Shown: piece by piece, positions 47,726 through 56,910 of the stretch
Numbering within the stretch: the first letter of the stretch is position 1
Layout: each line of letters opens with the position of its first letter
Assembly (NCBI GenBank): GCA_038150225.1
Contig: JAYQWG010000006.1
Span: 1,092 to 65,091, forward strand
Length of the DNA stretch: 64,000 nt
Reading direction: 5' to 3'
Source of the DNA: Chloroflexota bacterium
Lineage (GTDB): Bacteria > Chloroflexota > Dehalococcoidia > Lucifugimonadales > Lucifugimonadaceae
Notes under the pieces: model-generated
Seen by the model: only the letters and a program-made list of their open reading frames with translations
Databases searched by the model: none
What the model was told of the DNA's origin: nothing
Translations under genes and position numbers: made by a program

Positions 47726-48151
47726 TTGTGACGCTCCGAGTGCTGAGGCGGGTAGGGAACACCTGAGGAATATGTTTATGAGGACCGACCACGATGTTAG
47801 CAGCGGGGTCGGGACCGACTCAGTTCATAAACGGTGCAAAGTTTCTGACATTGATCGACGCAAACTGAAAATCGACGGAGAGGACTTTCACCAGTCCAAC
47901 AAGTGGGATAGTGGGTTGTGATTTGATGCAAGCGCCTCTACGAGTCGCAAGAACTCACGTTGATCCAGGTGCCCGTATTTTCTCGACTACACGGAACCGG
48001 TCACACGGAGCCGAAGCTAGCTTAAACACCTCGGGTTGAGCAGCCTGTACGAAGCTCACCGACCCTCGGATTACACGAGAGCTCAAGATATTTCGGGCGA
48101 ACAATAGAAATTCGTGGCAATTATTACGCCAATGTAGTTCCAGTATAAATC

Positions 48152-48211
48152 GTATTGAGAAAAATAACGAAATGTATGATAAGTATTGAACAAATTTAGA
48201 AAAAGTATTGA
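48152..48211. repeat. Three direct copies of GTATTGA inside an AT-rich tract
   Basis: GTATTGA occurs at 48152, 48183 and 48205. A related ATTGACA occurs at 48230. All lie within the AT-rich stretch at roughly 48083..48262. Confidence 0.5.
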
Positions 48212-48230
48212 ATAAAAACGAAACAAATTA

Positions 48231-48259
48231 TTGACAAAGAACAAACGAATTCGATAAGC
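48231..48259 (+). promoter_or_regulatory. Candidate sigma-70-type promoter for the small HTH gene
   Basis: TTGACA (48231..48236), a 17-nt spacer and ATAAGC (48254..48259), with an A/T-rich UP-like region upstream. The -10 match is weak. Confidence 0.3.
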
Positions 48260-48352
48260 TGTTTCTGCAAGAACATTAGGTCTGGAGCGTTGTCGGGTTT
48301 CTGAAATATCGTGCACCCGCACACCTTCTGCGAGTTGGAAACGAGCTTGAAA

Positions 48353-48580
48353 ATGCCCGGTGGCAAAACGAAAAAAATGCTTCAAGTCGAAAAGAAGTTA
48401 CGACGTCCTCTTGAACGTGCGCTTCCCGAAATGGTCAACGAGGATGGTCTGACCGGTGCAGCGAAGCAACTTGGAGTGAGTAAAGCCACTCTGAGCTACT
48501 GGCTATTAAAACTTGGGATTGAAATACGCCGAGTTGCTCTCGCTCCTGGTGAAGAAATCGAGATCAGACGTATTTCCTAG
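48353..48580 (+). CDS. Small helix-turn-helix DNA-binding protein
   Basis: The 75-aa product MPGGKTKKMLQVEKKLRRPLERALPEMVNEDGLTGAAKQLGVSKATLSYWLLKLGI... has an HTH-like AAKQLGVSKATLSYWL. GTG 48311 is an alternative start. Confidence 0.55.
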   Translation: MPGGKTKKMLQVEKKLRRPLERALPEMVNEDGLTGAAKQLGVSKATLSYWLLKLGIEIRRVALAPGEEIEIRRIS

Positions 48581-48755
48581 ACAATTTGGAAGTCCGTGCG
48601 CCCTAGACGCGAGTTGAGTAACTATCCACGTCAAACTCAGCAATCGAGAAAAAATACCCATTGGTACGTTGATTCTCACCGGGTACAGCGTTAGCTTTGA
48701 ACACATAAAGAATTATTCACGTCTACCGAATTCTCACAGAAAACAAGGAAATAAC

Positions 48756-49211
48756 GTGTTCAACAAACGTGTTTATCTAATCACCTTGATCGGAGCTCTC
48801 ACTGCTCTTGCTCTAATCGCCTGTTCGGAAGAACAAGTGCCCACTCAAGAGCCGATCGAGTTTCACCCAACTGCAGCAGATGCAGTAGAGCGTGAAGTCC
48901 AGGAACTTCCAACTGCAGCCGCTGAAGCGCCATCAGAAGACGGTGACGCAGCAGCAGGTGAGAGCCTGTTCGTCAGCTGCAGCAGCTGCCATTCGACAAC
49001 TGACGCGAAAGTCGTTGGACCTGGTCTTGGTGGAGTATTCGAGCGAGCCAGCTCTCGAACATCACTTGATGCGGAAGCCTACCTCGAAGAGTCAATTCGC
49101 CAACCAGGTGCGTACGTCGTGGACGGTTTCCCACCAGTAATGCCTAGCTTCGATTACCTCAGTGACGATGACATCCAGAACCTCATCGCGTACTTGAAGA
49201 CGTTGAACTAG
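48756..49211 (+). CDS. Class I c-type cytochrome, lipoprotein
   Basis: GTG 48756 with AAGGAAA upstream. Lipobox LALIAC, heme motif CSSCH and a distal Met (PPVMP). Confidence 0.75.
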   Translation: MFNKRVYLITLIGALTALALIACSEEQVPTQEPIEFHPTAADAVEREVQELPTAAAEAPSEDGDAAAGESLFVSCSSCHSTTDAKVVGPGLGGVFERASSRTSLDAEAYLEESIRQPGAYVVDGFPPVMPSFDYLSDDDIQNLIAYLKTLN

Positions 49212-49230
49212 GGATCGTTCTCAGAAATCG

Positions 49231-49266
49231 AAAGGTCGCGCTGCTAATGGCGGTGCGACCTTTTTA
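49231..49266. terminator. Rho-independent terminator between convergent genes
   Basis: GGTCGC/GCGACC stem (49234..49239 with 49255..49260), extendable inward, followed by TTTTT and preceded by AAA. Confidence 0.65.
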
Positions 49267-49277
49267 ATTGCTGAAAA

Positions 49278-50063
49278 TTACGCCCAAGTTGCTCCCACTA
49301 TGGATGCAGCCTGGTATCCGGCACCGAAACCGTTGTCGATGTTTACTACTGATACTCCCGGTGCACATGAGTTCAGCATGGCGAGCAGGGCAGTGACACC
49401 ACCCATGCTTGTCCCGTAGCCAACAGAGGTTGGAAGGGCTATGACCGGCGCTTTTACGAGTCCGCCCACTACACTTGGCAGGGCGCCTTCCATTCCTGCA
49501 ACTACGACGAGTACACGTGAGTCGGTCAAATCATCAATCCGACTGGAAAGGCGGTGAAGTCCCGCGACTCCCACATCAGTGATGAGTTTCACCTCACAAC
49601 CCATCAGAGTCGCAGTAAGTACGGCTTCTTTCGCAATTGGAAGATCTGACGTACCGGCTGCTACGACTGTGACACCTGTGAGTAACGATTTTTGAGGACG
49701 CTCGTCAGCCCAAATGGCTCTGCTCGATTCATCCCAAACAGCGGTGGGAACGGATTGATTCACAAGTTCGAACGCTTCTTCTGAAGATTTCGTCACCAGC
49801 ACTACCTGATTTTCATCGAAAATCCTGGCAGCGATTTCAGCAGTCTGTTTTGGAGTTTTACTTAGCCCGTATACAACTTCAGGGAATCCAACTCTTTCAC
49901 CGCGTTTGTGGTCCAGTGTGGCGAAATCTAGACCAGCAGGATCTTGTCGCTGATCAGTGTGACCGGCATCAGAAACTAATTGAAGAATCCGAACTGCCTC
50001 ATCTGGACTGATTTCGCCAGTCGCAACTCGTTGGAGTGTTGTTTGAATGTCAAGTTCAGTCAT
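49278..50063 (-). CDS. larB: LarB-type (PurE-like) nickel-pincer cofactor biosynthesis carboxylase/hydrolase
   Basis: VAAGTSDLPIAKEA...VAGLHRL...VVAGMEGALPSVVGGL...VIALPTSVGYG matches the AIR-carboxylase-like LarB family. I start at ATG 50063. Confidence 0.75.
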   Translation of the reverse strand: MTELDIQTTLQRVATGEISPDEAVRILQLVSDAGHTDQRQDPAGLDFATLDHKRGERVGFPEVVYGLSKTPKQTAEIAARIFDENQVVLVTKSSEEAFELVNQSVPTAVWDESSRAIWADERPQKSLLTGVTVVAAGTSDLPIAKEAVLTATLMGCEVKLITDVGVAGLHRLSSRIDDLTDSRVLVVVAGMEGALPSVVGGLVKAPVIALPTSVGYGTSMGGVTALLAMLNSCAPGVSVVNIDNGFGAGYQAASIVGATWA

Positions 50064-50287
50064 GTACGCCCAGGATGAATCGTGAGGAATTGAATGGTAC
50101 AGGTAGATCACCCACTCAAAGTCTGCTCCAACGCTCTATCTTGCTCAATCAACCCGAACGCACGCCGCCGTTAATTGACCAGACCTTGTGGTCGTCCATA
50201 TACTTCCACCTCCATTTTGCGGTTGTAGAGCGCGCACACACGTCGCGCCTGTTCGGTCATTCGCCCTTGAGCACGTAGAGGAAACGC

Positions 50288-51421
50288 ATGCAGGTTACTT
50301 GCCTTCGAGAGAATCTAAGCAGAGGTCTTGCCAATGTGAGTCGCGCAGTAGCGAGTAGAGCGACTCTTCCTGTTACGCAGAACGTCCTTCTCGAAGGAGA
50401 TAACGGTCAGCTCAAACTCACTGCAACCAATACTGAGATCTCAATAAGCACCTGGATTGGTGCTCAAATCGAAGGTGAAGGTTCGATCACAGTTCCGGCA
50501 CGAATGTTGACTGACTTCGTCAACTCGCTGCCAGGTGAGACTGTAACAATTGATTTCCAACCCGAATCTGCGGGCGTTAAAGTCTCCAGTGGCAAGTTCA
50601 ATGGAGACATTTCGGGCATACCGGCAGAAGAGTTCCCTCCGATCCCTGAAGTTTCAGGGGGTGTCTCAGTCGCTATCCCGGCAGATGCCTTCAAAGGTGC
50701 GCTGGAACGGGTAGTTTTCGCTGCCGCAACCGATGATTCTCGTCCGGTACTAACTGGCGTGAAAATCGAGCTGAAAGAAAAGTCATTCATCGTCGCTGCT
50801 GCTGACGGATTCCGACTTGCCGTAGAGACCGGCGAACTTGCCGAAGCAATTGATGGCGAGATTGGAATTATCGTGCCAGCTAAAACGCTTGCTGAAGTGG
50901 AGAGATTGCTCGGGGACGGGAGTTCAACCATTTCACTCTCGACTGACAGCAATGATCGTTCAGCCAAGTTCCGCCTCGATTCTTCTGAGATTGTCACATC
51001 TCTGGTGCAAGGCACGTTCCCTGACTACGAGAAACTTATACCAACCAGCTGGTCTACCAGGGCATCAATCGATCTTAGCCAGATGTCACAGGCCACCAGG
51101 GCGGCATCTATCTTCGCTCGCGATGGAAGCGGCATCATCAGGATCATGATCAATCCTGGAGAAGCAGACGCTGCGGGAGCTGTGAAGGTTATCGCTCGTG
51201 CTGAGGAAGTTGGGGCCAATGAGAACGAAGTGGAAGCTTCAGTCGAGGGCGACGAAACTAAGATCGCATTCAACAGCAAGTTCCTCTCCGACGTTCTAAA
51301 CGTGATCGAAGGTGATGATGTGAAGCTGGAAACCACTACACCATCGAGCCCAGGTGTCTTCCGATCTCCCAAACATGAGAACTACACCCACGTAGTGATG
51401 CCAATGTTTGTGCAGTGGTAA
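50288..51421 (+). CDS. dnaN: DNA polymerase III beta sliding clamp
   Basis: 377-aa ORF with three-domain clamp organisation, an N-terminal L..L..V......T.PVL-type motif and the C-terminal VVMPMFVQW. Confidence 0.92.
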   Translation: MQVTCLRENLSRGLANVSRAVASRATLPVTQNVLLEGDNGQLKLTATNTEISISTWIGAQIEGEGSITVPARMLTDFVNSLPGETVTIDFQPESAGVKVSSGKFNGDISGIPAEEFPPIPEVSGGVSVAIPADAFKGALERVVFAAATDDSRPVLTGVKIELKEKSFIVAAADGFRLAVETGELAEAIDGEIGIIVPAKTLAEVERLLGDGSSTISLSTDSNDRSAKFRLDSSEIVTSLVQGTFPDYEKLIPTSWSTRASIDLSQMSQATRAASIFARDGSGIIRIMINPGEADAAGAVKVIARAEEVGANENEVEASVEGDETKIAFNSKFLSDVLNVIEGDDVKLETTTPSSPGVFRSPKHENYTHVVMPMFVQW

Positions 51422-51475
51422 GAACCAGGTAGTTTCTAATCAATTGGGAGTGCGCAAATTGCACTCCCTTTTTGT

Positions 51476-53125
51476 TTAACCGATGCGAATTCGCTCACTG
51501 GCGTACCTGATTGAATCCGGGCGTTCACGGCTTGCCATGAACAAAGCAAGGGTGATCGGTCCAAAACGTCCGGTAAACATCGCGATCGAGACAATAAACC
51601 TGGCCGGAGCGTTCAAATCTGGAGTTGCGCCAGCTGACCAACCAACTGTTCCAAATGCAGAGATCATTTCAAACATCCCTGTTTTGAAATCCAGATCAGG
51701 TTGTACTGCGAAAAGCGCCACAATAAGGGCCAATACTGCCGCCGACGCCGTCGCACCAACCGCCATTGCGCGTTGAACGTTGGGTCTAGGGATTTCCCGG
51801 CCAAATACGGTGGTCCTGTTACGACCGCTAAATATGGCGATTGAGGCGATCAACACAACCATGAACGTGCTGACCTTGATGCCACCGGCCGTTGATGCAC
51901 TCGCGCCCCCTACGAACATCAGGCCTTCTGAAATGCTGATGTTCGCCGTGTGCAAATCACTGTATTTGACGGTAGAAAAACCAGAGGTTCTGTTCACCGT
52001 GTGGAACGCACCTTGCGTCAGCTTGCTTCGAACTGATTCATTCCCGATAGTTGCGTCGTTGTTCCATTCGAGCGCCAGAAAGCTTGCGAAACCGATTGTC
52101 AGCATTACAGCGATTCCGACCAACACGAGTTTGGTATCGAGAGTGAGATCACGCCAGCGTCGGATTCGAATGAAGTAAGCGAGAGCAGCGTAACTAACAG
52201 AACCTACAAGGAAAAATATTCCAACGATCTTGAGAGACTGGATATCCCGGGTAAACCCGACCATCACTTCCAGAACGCCGAGACCGATTGCTGCCATCAC
52301 ACCTACCGCGATCAACGTACGTCGGGAAAGCAGTGCAGAGCGTCTCCACTGGCGTAGCACGACCACGTTAGCGAGCACGGCATAACTACTGGAACCGAGA
52401 AGGATCATAAAACCGATGATGAGGAGAGAAGGAATGTCTCGACTCAACCCGATAAGGCTGTCGCCACCCATCAGTTCGTTCGGTAGGATTTCGAACCCGG
52501 CATTGTTGAACGCAGAAATAGCGGTAAAAACGCTCTGCCAAATCCCTTCACCGAGAGACATTCCAGGCCAGATTGGAGCGATCACGTACCAACGGATGAA
52601 TATCAGTACCGCACCGATAATCTGAACGACGATCGCCATCAGGATGATATTGCGCGCAAGCGACGCTATCGTTCCCAGTCGATTGTCGTCTAGTCCGGCC
52701 CCAACGACCAATCGTCCTTCCAGGCTAGATCTTCGACCCGTGATAAACAGCAGAAACGCTGCTCCGGTCATGAATCCCAGACCACCAATAAAAATCAGAA
52801 CAGCCAGAACTGCTTCGCCAAATGCAGTCCAAGCTTCGCGAGTGTCAACAACGACCAGTCCAGTTCCGGTCATGGCGGAAACAGAGGTAAACCAGGTTGT
52901 TACAGGCGAGAGGAACTCACCTTCAGTGTTTGCAACCGGGAGTGACAGCAGAAGTGCCCCAACTAAGGCCACTGCAAAAAAGCTGTAAACGAGCAGCATC
53001 GGGGATGTTGGGCCACGAACCGATACCTCTCGTCGCTCGACATGCGCGCGAATCGGTGACATTTCCGCCTGGCGCGGACGCCTTACTACTCGGTCACCGG
53101 GTTTTGTCGTCAATCGATTCTGCAT
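51476..53125 (-). CDS. TrkH/KtrB-family cation (K+) transporter
   Basis: Polytopic membrane protein with repeated pore-loop-like segments (MTGTGL, NNAGF, GGASASTAGGIK, GTVGWSAG). ATG 53062 (MSPIRAHV) is an alternative start. Confidence 0.8.
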   Translation of the reverse strand: MQNRLTTKPGDRVVRRPRQAEMSPIRAHVERREVSVRGPTSPMLLVYSFFAVALVGALLLSLPVANTEGEFLSPVTTWFTSVSAMTGTGLVVVDTREAWTAFGEAVLAVLIFIGGLGFMTGAAFLLFITGRRSSLEGRLVVGAGLDDNRLGTIASLARNIILMAIVVQIIGAVLIFIRWYVIAPIWPGMSLGEGIWQSVFTAISAFNNAGFEILPNELMGGDSLIGLSRDIPSLLIIGFMILLGSSSYAVLANVVVLRQWRRSALLSRRTLIAVGVMAAIGLGVLEVMVGFTRDIQSLKIVGIFFLVGSVSYAALAYFIRIRRWRDLTLDTKLVLVGIAVMLTIGFASFLALEWNNDATIGNESVRSKLTQGAFHTVNRTSGFSTVKYSDLHTANISISEGLMFVGGASASTAGGIKVSTFMVVLIASIAIFSGRNRTTVFGREIPRPNVQRAMAVGATASAAVLALIVALFAVQPDLDFKTGMFEMISAFGTVGWSAGATPDLNAPARFIVSIAMFTGRFGPITLALFMASRERPDSIRYASERIRIG

Positions 53126-53284
53126 TGGCTAGCCGTTGAGACAAGCTGATAATTCAAGCAAGCTTACAACGATTTGAAATTATCCCTGACACAGGGCTTC
53201 TTCTGTGGTCGTTGAGCGGGGTAAACGGTCAATTATTCACTCCGTAAGAATCTCATTTGGGATCACAACAGGTAGCATTCCCTA

Positions 53285-53596
53285 ATGCGTTGGTTATCGA
53301 TACTTGTGGTTACGGCGGGTCTGGTGCTGATTGGTTTTGCGATCACACAGATCGCACTTCGTGATCCTTCAGTCACAGGGCACTTAGTTGAGGTTGAGTC
53401 TAATGGGCTGACGACATTTTCATCCCTGGTAGTCAGAGATGAAGATGGTGAACTCTGGACATTCGAAGGACAGGGAACATTTACTGGGTTCACACCTTCA
53501 CATCTCAACGAACACAAATTCCTGGGCGAGACCGTCACCATCGAATACTCAGAACGTGAAGACGGCACCCTGACCGTCACGAAGATTTCCGACTAG
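53285..53596 (+). CDS. Hypothetical small membrane-anchored protein
   Basis: 103-aa ORF with an N-terminal TM helix (LSILVVTAGLVLIGFAI) and a beta-rich soluble part. I recognise no family. Confidence 0.45.
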   Translation: MRWLSILVVTAGLVLIGFAITQIALRDPSVTGHLVEVESNGLTTFSSLVVRDEDGELWTFEGQGTFTGFTPSHLNEHKFLGETVTIEYSEREDGTLTVTKISD

Positions 53597-53750
53597 GAAT
53601 TTCACTCACGTTAGGTTCATTGCCAGGTCAGCACGATTCAGATGTGAGTGACGTTCAAAAATACATATCAAACACAGCCATGTTCATCGCAACTCGGCGT
53701 AATATCAACACCGCTTTATTGATCAACCCGTTTATTGAACTGAGTTTGAG

Positions 53751-54671
53751 ATGCCCGTACCTTCCAGTGATCCGATAATCGTTGCCCCTACAAATATGCC
53801 GTTTCGTGCAGATGAATCACTAGATCTTGATGCGCTGGCTAGAAATGTAGATAAGTTCAGCAGCACAGCGCTCTCTGGCTTTGTCGTGGGTAGCTATGGC
53901 GGTGAAGAATTCCACATGGGGGAACCAGAAAAGGTTTCAGCCATCAAGACAGTTGTTGAAGCGCACGCTGGTAGGCGTTTCGTGATCGCCGGTATTGATG
54001 CACTCTCTCCAACGGAAGCGGTCAGGCTCTCGAACCTGTACGCCGAAGCTGGTGCAGATATGGTTCGTGTACGCATTCCTCCGGCCACAGGACGAGGTAA
54101 CACTGCACCTATTCAGGACTATTTCGAACAGGTGACTGAAGGCAGTCCGGTGCCAGTCGTTGTTATCCACCAACCCAAAACGGCGATGAGTGTCGATGTA
54201 ACTCCTGATGAACTACGCGACATCACCTCAATGAACAACGTCTTTGCGTACATCATGTCGCTCAACTACCGCTATGAGTGCCGGATGCCGGCGTTCGTAG
54301 ACGATAAGGTGAAGTTCTGGACGTGTAATGGAACACTCCTGATGCCAGGGGGCATGATCGGTGCCGTTGGAGCCTGTCTCTTATTCGGAAACTGGGGTCC
54401 GCACATTGCCAGAGACATCATTCAGGCGTGCCTGGATGGTCGGTACGCTGAGGCCCGCGAGATGCAAGAGCGGATCAACCATATCGACTTCCTGGGCATG
54501 TCTTGGGGCGTAGGCGTACAGAAAGCCGGACTCAATCTGATGGGGTATGAGGGTACAGTGCCAAGACGACCAAACTTGCCACTCAGTGACGCTCAGTTGT
54601 CAGAGCTCAAAGATGCGCTCATCGAAGCAGGCATCATGAACTCGGATGGGACTCCCGCACCGCAGATCTAG
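53751..54671 (+). CDS. Dihydrodipicolinate synthase / N-acetylneuraminate lyase-fold protein (divergent)
   Basis: 306-aa ORF with the DHDPS-family layout (VVGSYGGEE..., VIAGI..., PVVVIHQP). The expected catalytic positions look substituted (see findings). Confidence 0.6.
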   Translation: MPVPSSDPIIVAPTNMPFRADESLDLDALARNVDKFSSTALSGFVVGSYGGEEFHMGEPEKVSAIKTVVEAHAGRRFVIAGIDALSPTEAVRLSNLYAEAGADMVRVRIPPATGRGNTAPIQDYFEQVTEGSPVPVVVIHQPKTAMSVDVTPDELRDITSMNNVFAYIMSLNYRYECRMPAFVDDKVKFWTCNGTLLMPGGMIGAVGACLLFGNWGPHIARDIIQACLDGRYAEAREMQERINHIDFLGMSWGVGVQKAGLNLMGYEGTVPRRPNLPLSDAQLSELKDALIEAGIMNSDGTPAPQI

Positions 54672-54730
54672 GTGTATCTTTATCCGTCGCGAAATTTTGT
54701 TGCTGGGCATTGTGTCCGGTAGGAGAACCC

Positions 54731-55540
54731 ATGAAGTTAACTAACCCCGAGATGATTCGTGCCGTCACACGTGAGTGGGATGGTGAGCGAGATGCGAACG
54801 GCCGTCCTTTGGTTCCAGACGACATTCTGGAACGAATGAAATTGGTAACTACCGAAGAAGCATGGGGGACATGCAAACGGAACGGTTACCACTGGCAGTT
54901 CGCAGGCGATTGGATGAACCTTCATCCAGACCGAGTCATCGTCGGCAGGGCTGTGACTTGCCGATGGGTTCCCCGCCGACCCGATGTGCACGACTCAATC
55001 GATAAACAGGGAGAAGCGGATGGTCGCGTTGGCTTTCAAAACTCCTGGGTGATCGACGAGCTGGAACAAAAAGATCTAATCGTGGTTGATTTGTTCGGCA
55101 AGGTTTATAACGGAACGTTTGCCGGCGACAACCTGGCAACAGCGATTAAATCCCGTTCCGGCACCGGCATGGTTATCGATGGTGGTATTCGAGACACGCA
55201 AAGAATTCTCCAGATGGACGAGTTCAATGCCTTTGTGAGAGGTATCGATCCGAGCGCAATCCTCGATGTGAGCATGCCAGAGATCAACGGCATCACTCGC
55301 ATCGGAGAAGCGACGTGCGTCCCGGGTGACGTTGTACTCGGTACCAGTTCAGGCGTGATCTTTATCCCGCCTCACCTCGCGCAAGAAGTTGTTGAGCGCT
55401 CGGAGAACATCAGACTCAAGGACGAGTTTGGTCAACAGCGAATTCGTGAAGGTGTCTACACTCCTGGCGAGGTTGACCGCGAATTCTCCGATGAAATGAA
55501 CAAAGATTTTGAAGAATGGAAAGCGAATCGGCTTTCTTAG
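54731..55540 (+). CDS. RraA-family protein (RraA / 4-hydroxy-4-methyl-2-oxoglutarate aldolase / oxaloacetate decarboxylase type)
   Basis: GDNLATAIKSRSGTGMVIDGGIRDTQRI is the family signature. ATG 54731 has AGGAGAA upstream. Confidence 0.75.
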   Translation: MKLTNPEMIRAVTREWDGERDANGRPLVPDDILERMKLVTTEEAWGTCKRNGYHWQFAGDWMNLHPDRVIVGRAVTCRWVPRRPDVHDSIDKQGEADGRVGFQNSWVIDELEQKDLIVVDLFGKVYNGTFAGDNLATAIKSRSGTGMVIDGGIRDTQRILQMDEFNAFVRGIDPSAILDVSMPEINGITRIGEATCVPGDVVLGTSSGVIFIPPHLAQEVVERSENIRLKDEFGQQRIREGVYTPGEVDREFSDEMNKDFEEWKANRLS

Positions 55541-55582
55541 TTCTCCAAGTTTGAAGAAAGTAGTTAGTTAGAACAGGAAATC

Positions 55583-56887
55583 ATGGCAGATCAGAATTCA
55601 AGTGCACTTGATCAGGTTAAGACTTCGTCTAGTCCTTCCGATTTGAGGATCACCGACATGCGTATCGCTGTCGTTGGTGGCGGTGGATGGCGATGGCCGA
55701 TCATCAAGCTGGAGACGAACCAGGGACTGGTGGGGATCGGTGAAGTACGTGACGGTGCTTCCGCTCGTTACGCGCTGATGCTCAAGAGCCGACTCCTCGG
55801 TGAGAACCCATGTGACATCGACCGACTCTTCCAGAAGATCAAGCAGTTTGGTGGTCACGGTCGACTCGGTGGTGGTGTTTGTGGTGTCGAAATGGCACTC
55901 TGTGACCTCGCTGGTAAGGCGTACGGCGTTCCTGCATACATGTTTGCCGGTGGAAAGTACCGCGACAAGGTCAAGGTCTACTCAGACACTCCATCACTAA
56001 AAGACCCGGAAGAAATGGGCAAGGCGCTCAAAGGTCGCATGGATCGTGGTTTTGAGTTCCTCAAGATGGACATTGGTCTCTGGATTGCTTCGGAATTCGA
56101 AAACGGTGTGATTAACAAAAAGGAAATCGCAGAGTCGGCAACTTTGATGCACCCATTCACGGGTATCCAGGTGTCTGACTACGGAATCTCCAAGATGGTC
56201 GAGTACGTTGAAACCGTACGGTCAATCATCGGGTACGAAATTCCTCTGGCATCTGACCACTTCGGTCACATGGGTGTCGAGAACGCCATCCGAATCGGTA
56301 AGGCACTCGATAAGTTCACGCTCGCCTGGTACGAGGACATGATTCCATGGCAGTTTGTTGACCAGTGGAAGATGCTCAAAGAGGGTGTGGACACCCCGGT
56401 GTGCACAGGTGAGGACATTTACCTCAAAGAAGGATTCGAGCCGCTCGTTGAGGCTCGAGCAATCTCGGTTGCCCACCCTGACCTTGCTACTTCTGGTGGA
56501 ATTATTGAGACCAAGCGAATCGCAGACTACTGCCGAGACGCTGGTATCGGTGTTGCGCTTCACCAGGCGGGGTCGCCTGTGGTTGCCATGGCTAACGCAC
56601 ATTCAGCCATGGCAATGGAGAACTTCATTGCCCTCGAAATGCACTCTGTAGACAACCCTTGGTGGGATGATCTTGTTGAACTTCAAGGTCAAGACGGACC
56701 GATGATCAAGGACGGTTACGTAACCGTGACTGATGCACCTGGTCTTGGACTTGAACTGAACGAAGAGGCAATCAAAGAACATCTTGCTGAGGCGAGTGCA
56801 AAGCGCCACGCTGTGTACCCAACTGGTGCATTTGAGGACACCTCTGAGTGGGATGACCTCGATGCACACGACCGAGTTTGGAGCTAA
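55583..56887 (+). CDS. Enolase-superfamily dehydratase (mannonate-dehydratase-like subgroup)
   Basis: 434-aa ORF. The N-terminal capping domain contains ITDMRIAVV...IIKLETNQGLVGIGE. Metal-ligand regions are LASDHFGH, AWYEDM and TGEDIY. Confidence 0.8.
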   Translation: MADQNSSALDQVKTSSSPSDLRITDMRIAVVGGGGWRWPIIKLETNQGLVGIGEVRDGASARYALMLKSRLLGENPCDIDRLFQKIKQFGGHGRLGGGVCGVEMALCDLAGKAYGVPAYMFAGGKYRDKVKVYSDTPSLKDPEEMGKALKGRMDRGFEFLKMDIGLWIASEFENGVINKKEIAESATLMHPFTGIQVSDYGISKMVEYVETVRSIIGYEIPLASDHFGHMGVENAIRIGKALDKFTLAWYEDMIPWQFVDQWKMLKEGVDTPVCTGEDIYLKEGFEPLVEARAISVAHPDLATSGGIIETKRIADYCRDAGIGVALHQAGSPVVAMANAHSAMAMENFIALEMHSVDNPWWDDLVELQGQDGPMIKDGYVTVTDAPGLGLELNEEAIKEHLAEASAKRHAVYPTGAFEDTSEWDDLDAHDRVWS

Positions 56888-56910
56888 CTCCAACAACGAG
56901 TCGAAGAACT

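Noticed and set aside
47694-47921. 75-aa plus-strand ORF in the large gap
   Set aside because: It has no RBS, no recognisable motif, and overlaps the possible DedA N-terminal extension on the other strand. I kept it only as part of the unexplained gap.
47922-48082. SRP RNA, RNase P, tmRNA or another known ncRNA in the large gap
   Set aside because: I looked on both strands for hallmark motifs: the SRP domain IV GGAA/AGCAGCC context, the RNase P GAGGAAAGUCC, and a tRNA-like CCA end. I found only fragmentary resemblance. This cannot be supported without a covariance-model scan.
48083-48385. 100-aa minus-strand ORF across the AT-rich tract
   Set aside because: The Phe/Asn/Tyr/Ile-rich low-complexity product is what an AT-rich non-coding stretch yields. 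It also overlaps the start of the HTH ORF.
50112-50287. Replication origin upstream of dnaN
   Set aside because: There is no dnaA gene. I see at most one weak TTCCAC-containing near-match to a DnaA box, and no AT-rich unwinding element here.
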